The translations under genes and the position numbers were made by a program. From contig CM060733.1 of NCBI GenBank assembly GCA_030704615.1, positions 7,378,001 through 7,442,000 of the forward strand: a DNA stretch of 64,000 bases. The letters are read 5' to 3'. Source of the stretch: Takakia lepidozioides. Taxonomy: Eukaryota > Plantae > Bryophyta. Position 1 is the stretch's first letter; each line of letters starts with the position of its first letter. The notes beneath the pieces were generated by a model. It searched no databases. It worked only from the letters and a program-made list of their open reading frames with translations, and was not told where the DNA came from. Below, piece by piece: positions 11,607 through 26,626 of this stretch.

Positions 11607-14600
11607 CCACCCGCTTTTGTGTTGACTTCAAGAAACTGAATGACGTCACTAAAAATGATGCCTACCCTTTGCCTATGATCAATGAGACCTTGGATCAATT
11701 GCATGGTGAACTACAATTTTCTCCCCTCTTGATCTTGCATCTGGTTTTTGACAAGTTCCTCTCACTGAAGCAGCCAAGGAAAATACCTCGTTTGTGTGTC
11801 GTATGGGCAAATACCAATATGAGACCATGCCCTTTGGTTTATGCAATACCACCTCCACCTTCCAACACCTCATGGACATTGTATTGGGAAATCTTCGCTG
11901 GGAATGTGCCTTAATTTATGTAGATGATATCAATGTGTATTCAGCCAGTTTTGATATTCATTTGACTGACCTACAGCGTGTGTTCAGCAAATTGCGTACT
12001 GCAGGCCTCAAAGTGAAGCCAAAGAAGTGTGAACTATTCATGCCTGAGCTACATTTTCTTAGTCATATCCTCTCCAAGGATGGTTTGCTTCCTGATCCTG
12101 CAAAACTTAAGTCTGTTTGGGGCTTTCCTATTCCCAAGGATAAACATTGTATCAAATCCTTCTTGGGTCTGGCTTCTTATTATAGACGCTTCATTAAGAA
12201 CTTTGCCAAGCTTGCCCACCCTCTAATCAAGGTGTTGTGCAAAGATGCCAGGTTTGAATGGACCTTCTCCCAGCAGGCTGCCTTTGACACCCTTCGCAAG
12301 GCTTTGTATTCAGCTCCCATCCTGATGTTTCCCAATTTTGAATTGTCTTTGTTGCCATCAGACTGATGCATCAGATGTTGCCATCTCTGCAATCTTATGT
12401 CAAGTTGTAGAAGGCAAGGAACATGTAATAGCTTATGCATCTCGCCGTCTTGATCGTCATGAAAGGAACTATTCTATATCTAACAAGGAGGGTTTGGCCT
12501 TAGTATTTGGTGTGAAGCATTTCAGGCAATATTTGCATGGTAGCCGGTTTGTGGTGGAGACTGATCATCTTCCACTTAAGGCCCTTGTTAAGCCAAAGGA
12601 ACTTCATGGCAGATTTGCTAGATGGGCTATGTACCTGCAAGTTTTGACATGGATATAGTCTACAAGAAGGGCAAAGAGAACACAAATGCTGATGCACTTA
12701 CACGGGTTGATCCTCCTGTTTGCAGGCCTATGCTCACCTTGGATGACCTTGTTGCTGCTGATGCAGTACTTCCTCCTGCCCCTCTTCTCAACCTTCTTTG
12801 TGCTGATCAGTACCCCTTGGCCTTGGATTCACATGGCATATTGGCTATTTGGGGCTGGTCTAGCCTTCTTGATCCTGGTTGATTTATTCGTGTGTTAGTA
12901 TGTGTGGTGGATCTACCGCTTAGCGAGAATTCGGATAGTTTGGTGGAAGTTCCTTGTTGTGTTTCAGCTCTTCTCTTTCCTAGGCCCCCGAGTTTGTTGT
13001 GATTCGGCTGCTGCACTCCAGTATGACTATTGGCTTGAGCATCAAGGCCTGATTTGGCTGTCCATGAGTAGTAACAAATGAGGTGAAGGTATCCCTGGCT
13101 GGAGATCATAGGTGCAGGCACCCCAGACCACCTTCTCTAAAACCCATTGTCTACCTCCTATGTGCAGTGCAGTCATGGATGATCAGCTACATGCTGCGCT
13201 ACTCCAGCGATGCCAATCAGGGCGTTCACCAGCTGGCCTTTCCGAGTCCTTGCGTAAACAAATTTTCTATCATGTGTCTACTCACCGTTTTATGGGTGAT
13301 AAGCTTTTCAAGGAGCTCACTAAAGGGGGAGTGCCATGCTACTTGGAGGTGCCACCACGGAGCCAGCTGAATGCTTTATTGGAGCGTTTTCATTGTTCCT
13401 TGTATGCCGGTCACCTTGGTATCAAGAAAACTGTGGCCTACATCCAAGAGGTATACTAATGGCTGGGAATTCACCGAGACGTCACAAAATTCATCTTTAA
13501 GTGTGAAGGTTGTCGTGCTAACATTGCTCTCCCTAGGGCCTGGATTTTGTATGAGCTGCAGCCTTTGCCTGTCACCCATGCTTTTGCTCGTGTTGGCATT
13601 GACTGAGTAGGACCCCTCGCACTCACATCAAAGGGTCGAAGCTACCTTTGTGTTGCTACCAACTACTTGACTAAGTGGGTAGAAGTCCGACCTTTGCGTT
13701 CCAATGCTAGTGATGTTGTAGCTCAGTTCTTCTTCAATGAGATCCTTATGCGGCATGGGTGTCCTCGGGAGATACTAACGGATCAGGGCAAGGAGTTTTG
13801 TAACCAGCTCCTCACGGTGATTTGCTTCAATTTCGGTATTAAGCATTCCACCACAGCCCCATACTATCCCTAGACCAATGGCCTCACGGAACGCTTCAAC
13901 CAAACTCTTTGCCGAATGTTGGAGAAGAATGGCGCACTTACCAGGGAGTGGGATACCTTTCTTCCCCCTATTCTCTTTGCTTATCGCACTGCCGTGCATG
14001 CTAGCACCAAGAAGACTCTTTTTGAATTGTTGTATGGTCGCAAATGTGTTTTTTCCTTTGCATTCTACCCCTCTTATCTCTACTGTTGCTGATCCGGTTG
14101 ATCTTGAGACCTTTGTTGAGGATGTTCATGCTCGGCATGCGGTGTCTATCCATGATGCCACGACAACATTGGTAAGGCTCAACTAACCTAGGCCCGTAAT
14201 TTTAATAAGCATGTCAAGTATTCTAACCTGTTTCAGGTGGGACAAACCGTGTGCGTTCGATTACATGCAAATCTAAGCTCAAGATCGACGGTCCATACTT
14301 GATCTATCAGCTTTTACGTGGGCGACGTGCTCTCCTTCTTCCACAAGGCTCCAATACTGAAGTACGGGATGAACCTGTTTCCTTGACGGACTTGGTGCAT
14401 TCCGAGCTAGTTTTTGATCTTACATGTATTAATGTGGAGGGGCGCACGGTGGGGTGATGTCTTGATCTTCTTAGCCGATCTATTTCAGCTTGATCCTCTT
14501 CTCTTCTCAGCAGACTTAGTCTTAGTTTGCGGATGGTGACTCTTGGGGTCCTAGGACTTGACCTCTCTAGGACTTGGACACATTTAGTTTCATGGCATAT

Positions 14601-14776
14601 CACCATCTGTACTCCCTGCACGGTTTTCCTAGCCAAGGGTTTTGTCCTCGGCCCAACTTGCAGGTGCCAGATTTTCCCTTGATAGGTTTTTCATCCAGCA
14701 GTAGAGGGTGATATTTCCCTATATTTGTTTTCCTTCGCGGAGCTCAGGATTTTTCGCGGGGGGTAGGCTTCACAGA

Positions 14777-15244
14777 TGTAAAGCCCCATATTTGCTTAGC
14801 CTAGAAATGGCCCGTTTCATCCAAAATGGCGATACACATCCATAGTATATATTTTTGGCGTATAAAGCCGTTAAACCGTTACAATGATATCTAGGTTAGG
14901 GTTAGTTTTGGCTGGTGGCTCGATCCTGGCCCTTCATCAGATCTAGGGTAACAAGGCGGCGCCGTGGGCCTTGGCTTGTGACGCCTCGCCACGCGGCAGG
15001 CCACTAAAGCTAGGGCTTTTGTATAAAGTCGGCGCCCTAACACAAGGTCAGGGCGGTGTACTCGGGTGTTAGTGTATATGTGATTTTGGTGTACAAGCTT
15101 TGGATGAGAGCTGCTTTGTGTCAGATCCGTGTGCTTGATCTCCTCTCAGGCGTTGCTTGCTCTTTCCACTCGCCCCTTTTTTGTGAAACCTTGCTTCTTG
15201 AGAGGAAAGGAGTATATGCTTCAGGCTTGTTTTAAGGCTTCACA
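14777..15244 (+). repeat. LTR-like segment at the 3' end of element A
   Basis: Inverted termini TGTAAAGCC / GGCTTCACA; TATAAA motifs inside; lies downstream of the integrase. No partner LTR in the window. Confidence 0.55.
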
Positions 15245-15693
15245 ATCTTGGAGGGCTAGTTGGGGGCCTATGTATGCACGGAGATGGAAAGATCATACCA
15301 TTTCAAAACTGAGACACATAAATGCCCATGTTTATCAGTCAGAAACCCACAAAGCCAAACTTCACTGTGCGTTGAGTCACAAACAAACATTTCTACATTA
15401 TGTACACATCATGTCTCATTAAGCTGGTTTCCAACATAGTCCAGAGCACTCCTACACTGCTATCTTCCCTTGTCTATTCAGTTGGTTACAGATGCACCTC
15501 CGATTATTATTACAATTCCTCGATGGTAAATATGCGCTTATCTCCAGCCTAAAGGTCTTCATACACAAGCCCCCCCTCTGTCAGCAGCGTTATGGAGTCC
15601 GCTGCCAGCAGGGTACTACTACATCAATACTGAGATGTGCCACTACTTTTCAATGAAATTGGAGATGCCAACTCTTGCACCAGCGAAAACAGA

Positions 15694-18600
15694 TCAAGTG
15701 GCCGCAGGAATCTGGCTGTGCAGAAACTCCAGAACAGAGAGCCGCTACACACATGCCGGCCGGCCATAGTCATGTCAGAACAGTTTCTAGTACTTACAGA
15801 AATAAATCTAATGGAAGTACAAAATTTAATCCACACCATATTGGAGGCAGAGAGAGAGGGAGAGAGAGACGTCACAGACAGTCAACTTCTGGGTACTTAG
15901 TGAAAAGTTTGATTTGGAGTGCCTCCCTTTTCCTTGCAGCAAATAAGACGAAATAAAACAGAAAGAGAACTTGTGCAGCCATTGTCAGAGAGTTAAGTTC
16001 CTGGAAAAGGTTGCTAGGGTCCCAATGTCTTAAAAAAGACGAGGGATTCAACATCGACACATGCAGTAATCTTTCTCATCAGGACCGTTCATATGGTCTT
16101 GAAAAATTTGACAATATTCCTCCTAGAAAGACGGCACCGCAAAGTCTGCTAGCATTTCTCTACGCGACTGATAAATGTTCATGTCTCCAAGTTGTAAGAC
16201 TGTCCCCCTAGTTCTTCACTAGGACCACAAATCGGTTGGTTTGTTATCACCATCCATAGTACAAAGCCCATGATCATCTGGCACATCCCCACTTTCTGTG
16301 AGATAATAGTTGACCTGGTCAATTTACAGCTCTTTTCCTACACAAACATAAGTACAACCAGGCCAACTCAGTCCCAGCCTTCTCTTGGGGAAGGAAATTA
16401 CCCGTTTCTCAAGCAGAGTACTATCACTACTCTTGTGTGATGATAGCCCTTCCAAGTTCTTCACAGCTTCTTGAAATCCTTCAGCAGCACCCTTTTCATT
16501 GCCTAGGGCACGGTCAACATCTGCCACTTTCGCCAGTGAGACTGCCACATCTAACACCTGCCAATGGAAAGATTCACGATATAATAGATACTAACAACTT
16601 CCAATGGACTCCTGAAGCAGCTCCATCTCAGGGCAATTACACCACCACGAGGGATACTAGTCCCGGTTTCACTCTGCCCTAATTATCCAGGATAGAACAT
16701 AAGCTTTCTGAGCTCATACAAAATTCAAAGCTCATAACTTCTATTACATTATTTGAACCAAGCTAGAGCTCTCTAGAAAGGTACAAATTTGAACACCTTG
16801 AGGTAAATTTTGACAACTATTTCCATATATTGTAGTTTTTAAAATCAAAATTACTCTCCGGGTACCCGCTGAATTGGGTTGGGTGTGTGCACATGAAACT
16901 GGTGCTCATGGATGCAGACATACACACAACACACTGGTTCTAGACTGTTGACATTGAAGTGTAGTAGGCACATGGACTATGCAGCCTTACTACCATTGCT
17001 TTCCAGTGCGACAACTAGTGGAGGTGGCCAAGGATACAACAGTAGGAGGGCAGCAGAGGTAGCCTCCATTCACATAGTTCATCTTATTGATGCAGCAAAA
17101 CTCTCTCCCACATCAAGGTGTGGTTTGTTTGCTAAATGTATAGCTCCCTCAGTGCTACTATAAAAAATCAGGTAGTTCTCGCTGATTTCAATGCCTCATA
17201 ACTCAAACAATAGTAGGGCTTAGGGGAAAATCCTGTGCTATATACTTTGAAAAGTTTTAAGCTGTATTTTGCTAAAAACTGACATCTTTTGTTTGACAAA
17301 CATCAAACATACTATTTATAACATTATAAAAGATATTCTAGTATGTTTTACATAAATGGAAAATGGAGCTGGTTGATCTGGATCATAGTTCGCAACAATT
17401 GGAGGTAGTCCTCTAACAAAAAAAGCTACACTGACATCAATGGTCGATTTGAAAGATAATTCGTCAATTCATTTGTCAGGGACTTGAATCTAATCTGCAC
17501 AGTTGCAGTTGAAATCTGACAGCTTTTCAGAACTTTCAAGGTAAAGTTGGTTCTACAAACGGTGACGTCACCTGCTGGCTGGGGTCCCTTTGAACCCCCA
17601 TGGTGATTTAAGTAGGTTGGTTATGGGCAAACATCAAGATGGGGCCTAGGAAGCATGGTGGAAAGGTTCCATATGGCAGCCTAACACATTCCGCAAGTAA
17701 CCATTCAGGCAGACGAGTCCACCTTCCAAATGGGAGGCAGTAGCCCTTCGGGGTGAAGTGACACCATAAGTTCCGCTTGCTTCGGCAAGAGTCTTCCTTC
17801 AAGCAAACAACAAAAACCAGCTTGTATGGAGTTTCTGGAAGTGATATCAAAGAGTCTTGAACAGAACAAGGATCTTCAGCTTAAGCCACCAAATTCCACT
17901 GTGTTACAAACTTGATTTTTCTCTTAGAGAGAGGATTTACTTAAGATTTTTTTGCCATACCCTTGTGGCAATGAGAGAGAGAGGGAGAGAGAATGTACTC
18001 ATAAGATGTTGTTTGCCGTCCATTAACCCGCGCCCAGTTTGAGCGGAACACAAAGGGACAGAAACTACCTTTGTCAGGGGCTGACGCCGGTAGTATGACT
18101 TACCTTGAAACATACAATTGATCGGAGTTCTCGAGATATCCTCTAGAAATCCCTTCACACAAAGCATCAATCTGCTGTGTACGATTTGCACAGTAACTAG
18201 ACCCCAAAATTGCCTGGGCTTTTGGCTCAGCCTCGAGATTTTCGAAGTTGGTAAACAGAGGTACAGGAACAGAGAGAGAGAGAGAGAGAGAGTCACCTCT
18301 GAGGACAAGGTTTTGAAGTCGGAGGTGGCTTGCAGACGAACATCAAGGGCACGTGCATAGAAGACACGAGCAGCAACCAGGTCTTCCGCATAATACTTGA
18401 GATCACCCAGTTTATTTAGGGATACTGATAGCGCATGCACCACCTGGTCATCACAACTTGTGTTTGGACAAATATAACCCTATGAATTTGGCAGTCATTG
18501 GCTCAAAGCTTCTGTACGGGGTGCCGAAGGTGCCTCTTTCTCTTTACCTACTACTGAACTACCTAATTCTAAACTATACTATTGCCACGGGATAGCCAAA

Positions 18601-20940
18601 CCCTCACTGAGGTCTTTCATTACGAGGATCAGAGATTCTTGTCTGCATGAGGCATCGAATTAGGACTGCTTGTTGAAAGTCCCACTTTCTTTTTATATCC
18701 CACTCTCTTTTGTCCATAAGCTCTTTGAGCATCCCACGGACATTATAAAGTCTTGTTCTTTCTTTCATTTTGTCTCACAAAATATTGGAAGGATGCAGCT
18801 GCTGAAAATCATCGATCCTGACTTGCCAACAAGCAGCCACTAACGAAGTACAGAGCAAGGATGTAGGAAAGCGAGTCCAACAAGTACACACCCATCACCC
18901 TACCTCCTTGTCTTTGTCTGACATCTTCATCAAAACGTCAACGCTCTCCTCATAGTTTGCTATGGCACCCTCAATGTTGTTTATTGCCCGACTGCAGCAA
19001 GAACCACGATGTCTTAGGACCCTACTTCATCAAAACCATCATTCTAACACACACTATTTCGCTTGTATGTGTGCATATAGTACATCTCTCTAGAAGAGGG
19101 AACGTGAGAAGAGAAGATTAAATGCACTTGGTAACTTTTGCTTGCTTTCGCATTTTCGAAATGCAATGAGAGCAAGACGAAACTACTTGACCATAGCATA
19201 CAACAACACCCTAGTCCTAGGCTTTTCTGCTTTTTTGGGGTGTGTGTGAGAGAGGGAGAGAGAGAGAGAGAGAGGGAGATGCAACAGCCAAGTGATAAGT
19301 TGGGGCAGGAAGAGGATGCTCTGTACCAGCTATCACCAAGCATGCCAAGTAGGGCACCCAATTGGGAGGAAATGACAGTAGTGGCACCAGAGCGCGACAT
19401 CTCCTCCCGGCTGTCCTCCACGCACAATGTTAGCCTTGCCATTGCGCTCTCCAAGTTTTGGGCCTGGAACGCCTGCCAAGCCACCCCAACTACTATTTCA
19501 GAAAACCTTGCTGCAAAAGAGACTCTGTTGCAATGAACTAAACGGCTCAAAATGAGCTCAAATCCAGTACTGGTAGAAAGCCACTTAATAGTCAGAAAAG
19601 TCTTAAAGGAGATGTTCAAAACAATATAAGACTTGCTGTGTGAAAATGCTGAGTAAGCCACCACTTCTTGAAGTGGAGTAATTTGCAAAACATAATAACA
19701 CAAAACATGATGAGACATACTTCTTTGGAGGCGAAGATAAAGAGAACAAAATCTCACAGAATGGCTAGTTACGCATCTATGGGGCTTATCTTTCAGGTTT
19801 GAACCCCTTCCTATTGAGAAGATTGCTGAACAATATTCAAAACAAACAGATCAGAGATTCTAGAAGAGACATACTCGCATTGCTTGCTGAACAAGGAAAC
19901 TGCCCCGTGCCAACGAGACATCCTCATATGTTACAATGTTCTGGCCTTCAGCTTCCCCTTGATCAGTTCCTTCACTGTCTTCATGCAGTGGAGCTCTCTT
20001 GATGCGTGCATGACCTTCAATGAAACGGTCCACTAGCCCTTGCATCTCTTGATCAGACTCAACTTTCTCTATATCAATCCCACAGAGGGGACAATCTTGG
20101 AACCGTGAGATACATCCCCTGCCAAATATTCACATGGTATGTCAGTTACATAATGCATCAGAAAACAGAGGGCAGAGGAGAATCTCTACAGAAATTCTAT
20201 GGGAAAGAGGAATGGGACATAGGGGGATGGGAGAGCAGAATAGGAGGCTGGCTCCAGCAGTAGAGTGACCAGTAGAGTGGTCTAGCTTTCCAAAGTTTCC
20301 CATGAAAACTTAGTTGTAGCATCAATTTGAGGGGTGTATGCACCCCAAAATGCACAGCCAAGGAGGGCTACAGCTTTCCATGTCGTGAAGTACGCATTGA
20401 TCGTTTCCTGCGAAGTCTCTAAATGACTTAGCCTAGAGGGCATGGTATTTGAGGCATACCATAATACTCGGGCACACCAAGGACCATCTGGTTACAGGAG
20501 ATTGAGCATTGTTCAAGGATGAGGTTGATTGCATTCTCTGGTGAGAATGCCCCCAACAATCTATTAGAAAATGGATACTGCCTTTGGGTTGCCCGTACAT
20601 CGGGCAGTTACAAGGAGAGAAAGAGAGAGAGATTGAACCTGCAATAAATGTGCCGACAAGGTAGACAGCGACTACTGTTAAATAGGAGAGCCCGACACAG
20701 CACACAACTCAGTGGTCCAATCTTAAACGATCCAGAATCGTAACCCATGGGGCATTTGCCTGGTGAATTAGATTCCACACTTTCATCCGTTCTTGCAACT
20801 TGCTGGTGCTGGGGAGCCTCGTTCCTCTCATCCTTTGTAGGGGTCCCTTTTGTAGTATCTGCAGGCATTGACATGGGGCATTTTGGAGAACCTGGAGGTC
20901 CATTAATGCTCAGCCTTGCAAACGGGCAACCACCGCTCAT
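15694..20940 (-). CDS. NCA1: NCA1 (NO CATALASE ACTIVITY 1)-like RING-finger/TPR catalase chaperone, about 377 aa, 7 coding exons
   Basis: Exons (minus): 20940-20639, 20118-19875, 19472-19327, 18991-18904, 18443-18297, 16557-16402, 15744-15694, all GT-AG and in phase. Hallmarks: MSGGCPF, KCPMGYDS.SFKIGPLSCVLC..PCRHIYCRGCISRFQDCPLC (RING), LVDRFIEGHARIKR, LSVSLNKLGDLKYY, LDVAVSLAKVADVDR, RLSVLEFL. Confidence 0.93.
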
Positions 20941-21044
20941 TTTATTCACGGTTTGTCCAGGCTTTGTAGAGCAAATCAAACTCCTGGACAGTCACCACAG
21001 TAAATTGTCACGAACGAGATGACTTGCCTGCCCATCGGTCACAA

Positions 21045-21963
21045 ATGCGTGCAAACAAGCAAACGTTTGTGTTATTAGACGGAGTGATTCATAATACAAA
21101 GTCCTATAATGGCATCAACACAAATCCATCTTTTTCCCGCAGCTGCCTTCAAATTTGGGAGACCTAACAATCATCGGACAAAGGAAGGAACAGCCTGAAC
21201 CACGTGAACAAATCTGAATCGAACTGCGAAGAAAAATCAGAGCAAACGATAAGGATCAACAATACAAGATGGATAGCACAGATGAGAGTGCTCACAGATA
21301 AGAAGAAAGACACAATATCTCTTGCAAAGCAAGAACAAGCTATGGGAAGAATAAAACCGAACTAAATTACAGAAACAGAAGAGAAAAGGGCAGACAGACA
21401 ACACAGGCAAAGACAGGAAAAGGAAAGCAAACGCACATTCATGCGCTATCTTGATCCTCCGCTATGTATAACATACTGTGAAGGTCAAAGAGAGTGCATC
21501 TTTGGGATGCGTGCAAACAAGCAAACGTTTGTGTTATTAGACGGAGTGATTCATAATACAAAGTCCTATAATGGCATCAACACAAATCCATCTTTTTCCC
21601 GCAGCTGCCTTCAAATTTGGGAGACCTAACAATCATCGGACAAAGGAAGGAACAGCCTGAACCACGTGAACAAATCTGAATCGAACTGCGAAGAAAAATC
21701 AGAGCAAACGGTAAGGATCAACAATACAAGATGGATAGCACAGATGAGAGTGCTCACAGATAAGAAGAAAGACACAATATCTCTTGCAAAGCAAGAACAA
21801 GCTATGGGAAGAATAAAACCGAACTAAATTACAGAAACAGAAGAGAAAAGGGCAGACAGACAACACAGGCAAAGACAGGAAAAGGAAAGCAAACGCACAT
21901 TCATGCGCTATCTTGATCCTCCGCTATGTATAACATACTGTGAAGGTCAAAGAGAGTGCATCT
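21045..21963. repeat. Near-perfect 457-bp tandem duplication (21045-21501 and 21507-21963) with a 5-bp spacer, in the NCA1 5' leader/intron
   Basis: By eye the copies differ at one site (AAACGATAAGG vs AAACGGTAAGG); TTGGG filler at 21502-21506. Confidence 0.92.
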
Positions 21964-23653
21964 CTCAATCCAGGACTTCTGTCCCTTCATGGATTTGAAT
22001 ACCTGACGTACCTTGCGAGGGTATGGGGAGAACTCGTGGGTGGATCTGCGCTTTCCTCACATGGGCTGCGGAATGCTTCGGAGAAGAAGCAGACGATGGC
22101 GATGATTTCCTCCAACCCAAGCTCTGGCGTCGGAACCTAACCTTCACGAACCTCAGGTTTAGCACAACGAAAACTTAACGGACGAAGAAAACGTTTCCAT
22201 GGATGCCGTCAAGGCTGCTTTAGCATCAGTTTGTCACGTCCCAAGTATTCAGGAGGTTTGAGTGTGAGAGTGTCGAGAGTATCCTGCTGAGGAGAGCGAG
22301 AGAATTGAGGAGTGCACCCATCACTATGGATCCATTTAGGAATTTACCAAGTGTTGCAGGTGCATCTTCCTTAAGGCGGTGATAGTGCTGGTTCAAAGGA
22401 CCTTTCCGTTCTAAAGCCTTTACAGAAAAAATTCTAACAAGGGCATAAGCTGCCCTCTAACTCCCAACGGAAAGTATAGAGGGATTCAGAAAGAGAGGAA
22501 TGCAGTGATTTCATGCGTGAAAAGTTGGGTGCGCACAAGTTTCAAGGAATGAGGGCTGCAGTCAATTTGGCAACGTATTTTGCTTCTGGGTCGGTGTTGT
22601 TGCACAACCTGGCGTCGCCTCTCTACCACTCGCAATTGATTCCCCACGGGTCCGGTTTCATGCGATGTAAGTTTGCATCTTCTTTTCTTGACGATGAATT
22701 ATGTTTGCTGTTGGGAAAAAATTGTGAGCTCGGGTTGGTCTTCAACAGATTAAAGTAATGACTATTGGCTTGCCAGGGCGAAGTTGTGAAGGGGGGATCA
22801 AGTGCATTGCAGACATATGGGATCGTTTTGCGATTTTCCATTTCCAGCGTGTTTTTTTATTTCCACGGACAGAAGCTCCTGAGCGATTGTACGAAAATCA
22901 AGATTAGTCCTGGAGTTGGTGTGTGTGCTAATCTGCAACACACTTCCGTAAATTGACGATCTATCATTGAGGTATTTCCAGGGGAGCAAAGTAGATAATT
23001 ACCAGTCATGAGAAAGTTTGCTCCAAAACGAAACGATGTGGGGGCAGCCTGAAGACAATATCCACTTTCCCATAGAGTGTTCGGTGTATTCTCACCAGCG
23101 AGTGACCCTCTTCTTGATTTTGCGGTGTATCCGGGTAAATACAAAAGAGGTCTCCTACTAGGACATTTACTACATAGACAACCTCAGGTCCATGAAGGAG
23201 ATTGTTCCTGCACCTCTGTTGACCACCTTTGAAAATTTTGAGGCTGAGCCCTGGCCCCGTTGGGGTCTAATTGCTGGGCAGCTCAGGCACAGCAGATTGA
23301 TGCTTGTGTGAAGGGCTTTCTAGAGGGTATCTGGAAAGCCTGAACTAATTCAGAGTGAGCCCCTCACAAAGGTAGTGTCTGTTCCCTCTTGTTCTGCCCA
23401 AACTGGGCTGGGGTGTGGCCACATGGCTACAGCAAACTATGTCTTATGAATTCATTCCCTCTCTAAGCAATCACAGCTAACTTTCCAATCTCCTGTTGTA
23501 CTTGTCACTGTCTAGCATTAATCATGATTGGTTCTGGTTGTTTCTTTGCTACCCTTAGGTCACATGCGTGTGTCTCGTGATGAAGGAAGGTTGCCAGCGT
23601 AGCCAAATTTTTCTTTAGTACTGTTTGTTATTGTGATAAGCAAAGAAGCATCA

Positions 23654-25896
<2,243 letters not shown>

Positions 25897-26626
25897 GTTT
25901 CCATTATCAAAAGACTCGGTTACTTTCCAGGGGCCCGGTCATGGAACACCCTGTACAAGTGAAAAACCCATTCACTTGCATAAAACATAGGGGTGGATTG
26001 TTGGCAGGAAAAGTAATTTTAATTAAGTGGCCCAGATCGACTACAATTCTTTCGATCTACGGCCCAGATTAATTCGGAATATGTTTGTAGAATTTTCCAG
26101 TGACATTTTGTATTTGGCTGCAAAAGGGGTCCGAGGAAGCCCTTGAGAGCTTTATGGTGACATATTCCAAATTAACCAAAAAATAATAGTAACAACAAGG
26201 CTGAGGCCCGCCGATGGTAAGCCACTGCTCGTGTTATGGCCTGTGGGTCGGGGGTTCAAACTTTAAACCCCTGTCATTTGTCACTCTGCCTTCGGGCTCT
26301 GCCCCTGTAATGCCTCCATGGCTTGTAAAGAGCTCGCCATTATTTTTCTTTGTATTTTATTGGATCTGAGTCTCTGGACCGAAAGTTCGTCCGTGGCGTG
26401 TTTCCAGAAAATAATGGCAATTTCTTTACGAGGTGCCATTTCTCGGCCCCCCCATGGGGGGAGGTTACGTGGTCGAATTCGGCACCCGTCACCTCACTCG
26501 TGGGGAGGGCCTGGAAATGGTACCTCCCGTATTATAGAAAGGGGGTTTATTTTCCCTGCTGTAATAATACCAATAATAAACCAACTCTATCTTTTTTTTC
26601 CCCCCTATCTTTTGTGGCTTCTCATT

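Larger units (their letters stand above)
4990..15244 (+). mobile_element. Ty3/Gypsy retrotransposon A (non-chromovirus type), 5'-truncated pol (RT, RNase H, integrase) plus 3' LTR-like end; interrupted by element B
   Basis: RT N-terminus SPWSSPIVLVGKKDGT at 5230-5279 resumes at 11607 with [16 protein letters not shown] and LIYVDDINV. RNase H has TDASDVAISAIL and ETDHLPL. Integrase has HCSLYAGHLG..C..C, GIDxVGP, EILTDQGKEF, TNGLTERFNQTL. Many stops and frameshifts. Confidence 0.85.

Noticed and set aside
19044-19757. 237-aa ORF as a standalone gene
   Set aside because: Only 19327-19472 is NCA1 exon 3; the rest is intron read-through, including a CT microsatellite.
26195-26275. tRNA or SINE-like A/B boxes (a similar motif at about 30770-30830, minus)
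   Set aside because: No cloverleaf, tail or TSD could be established by eye.
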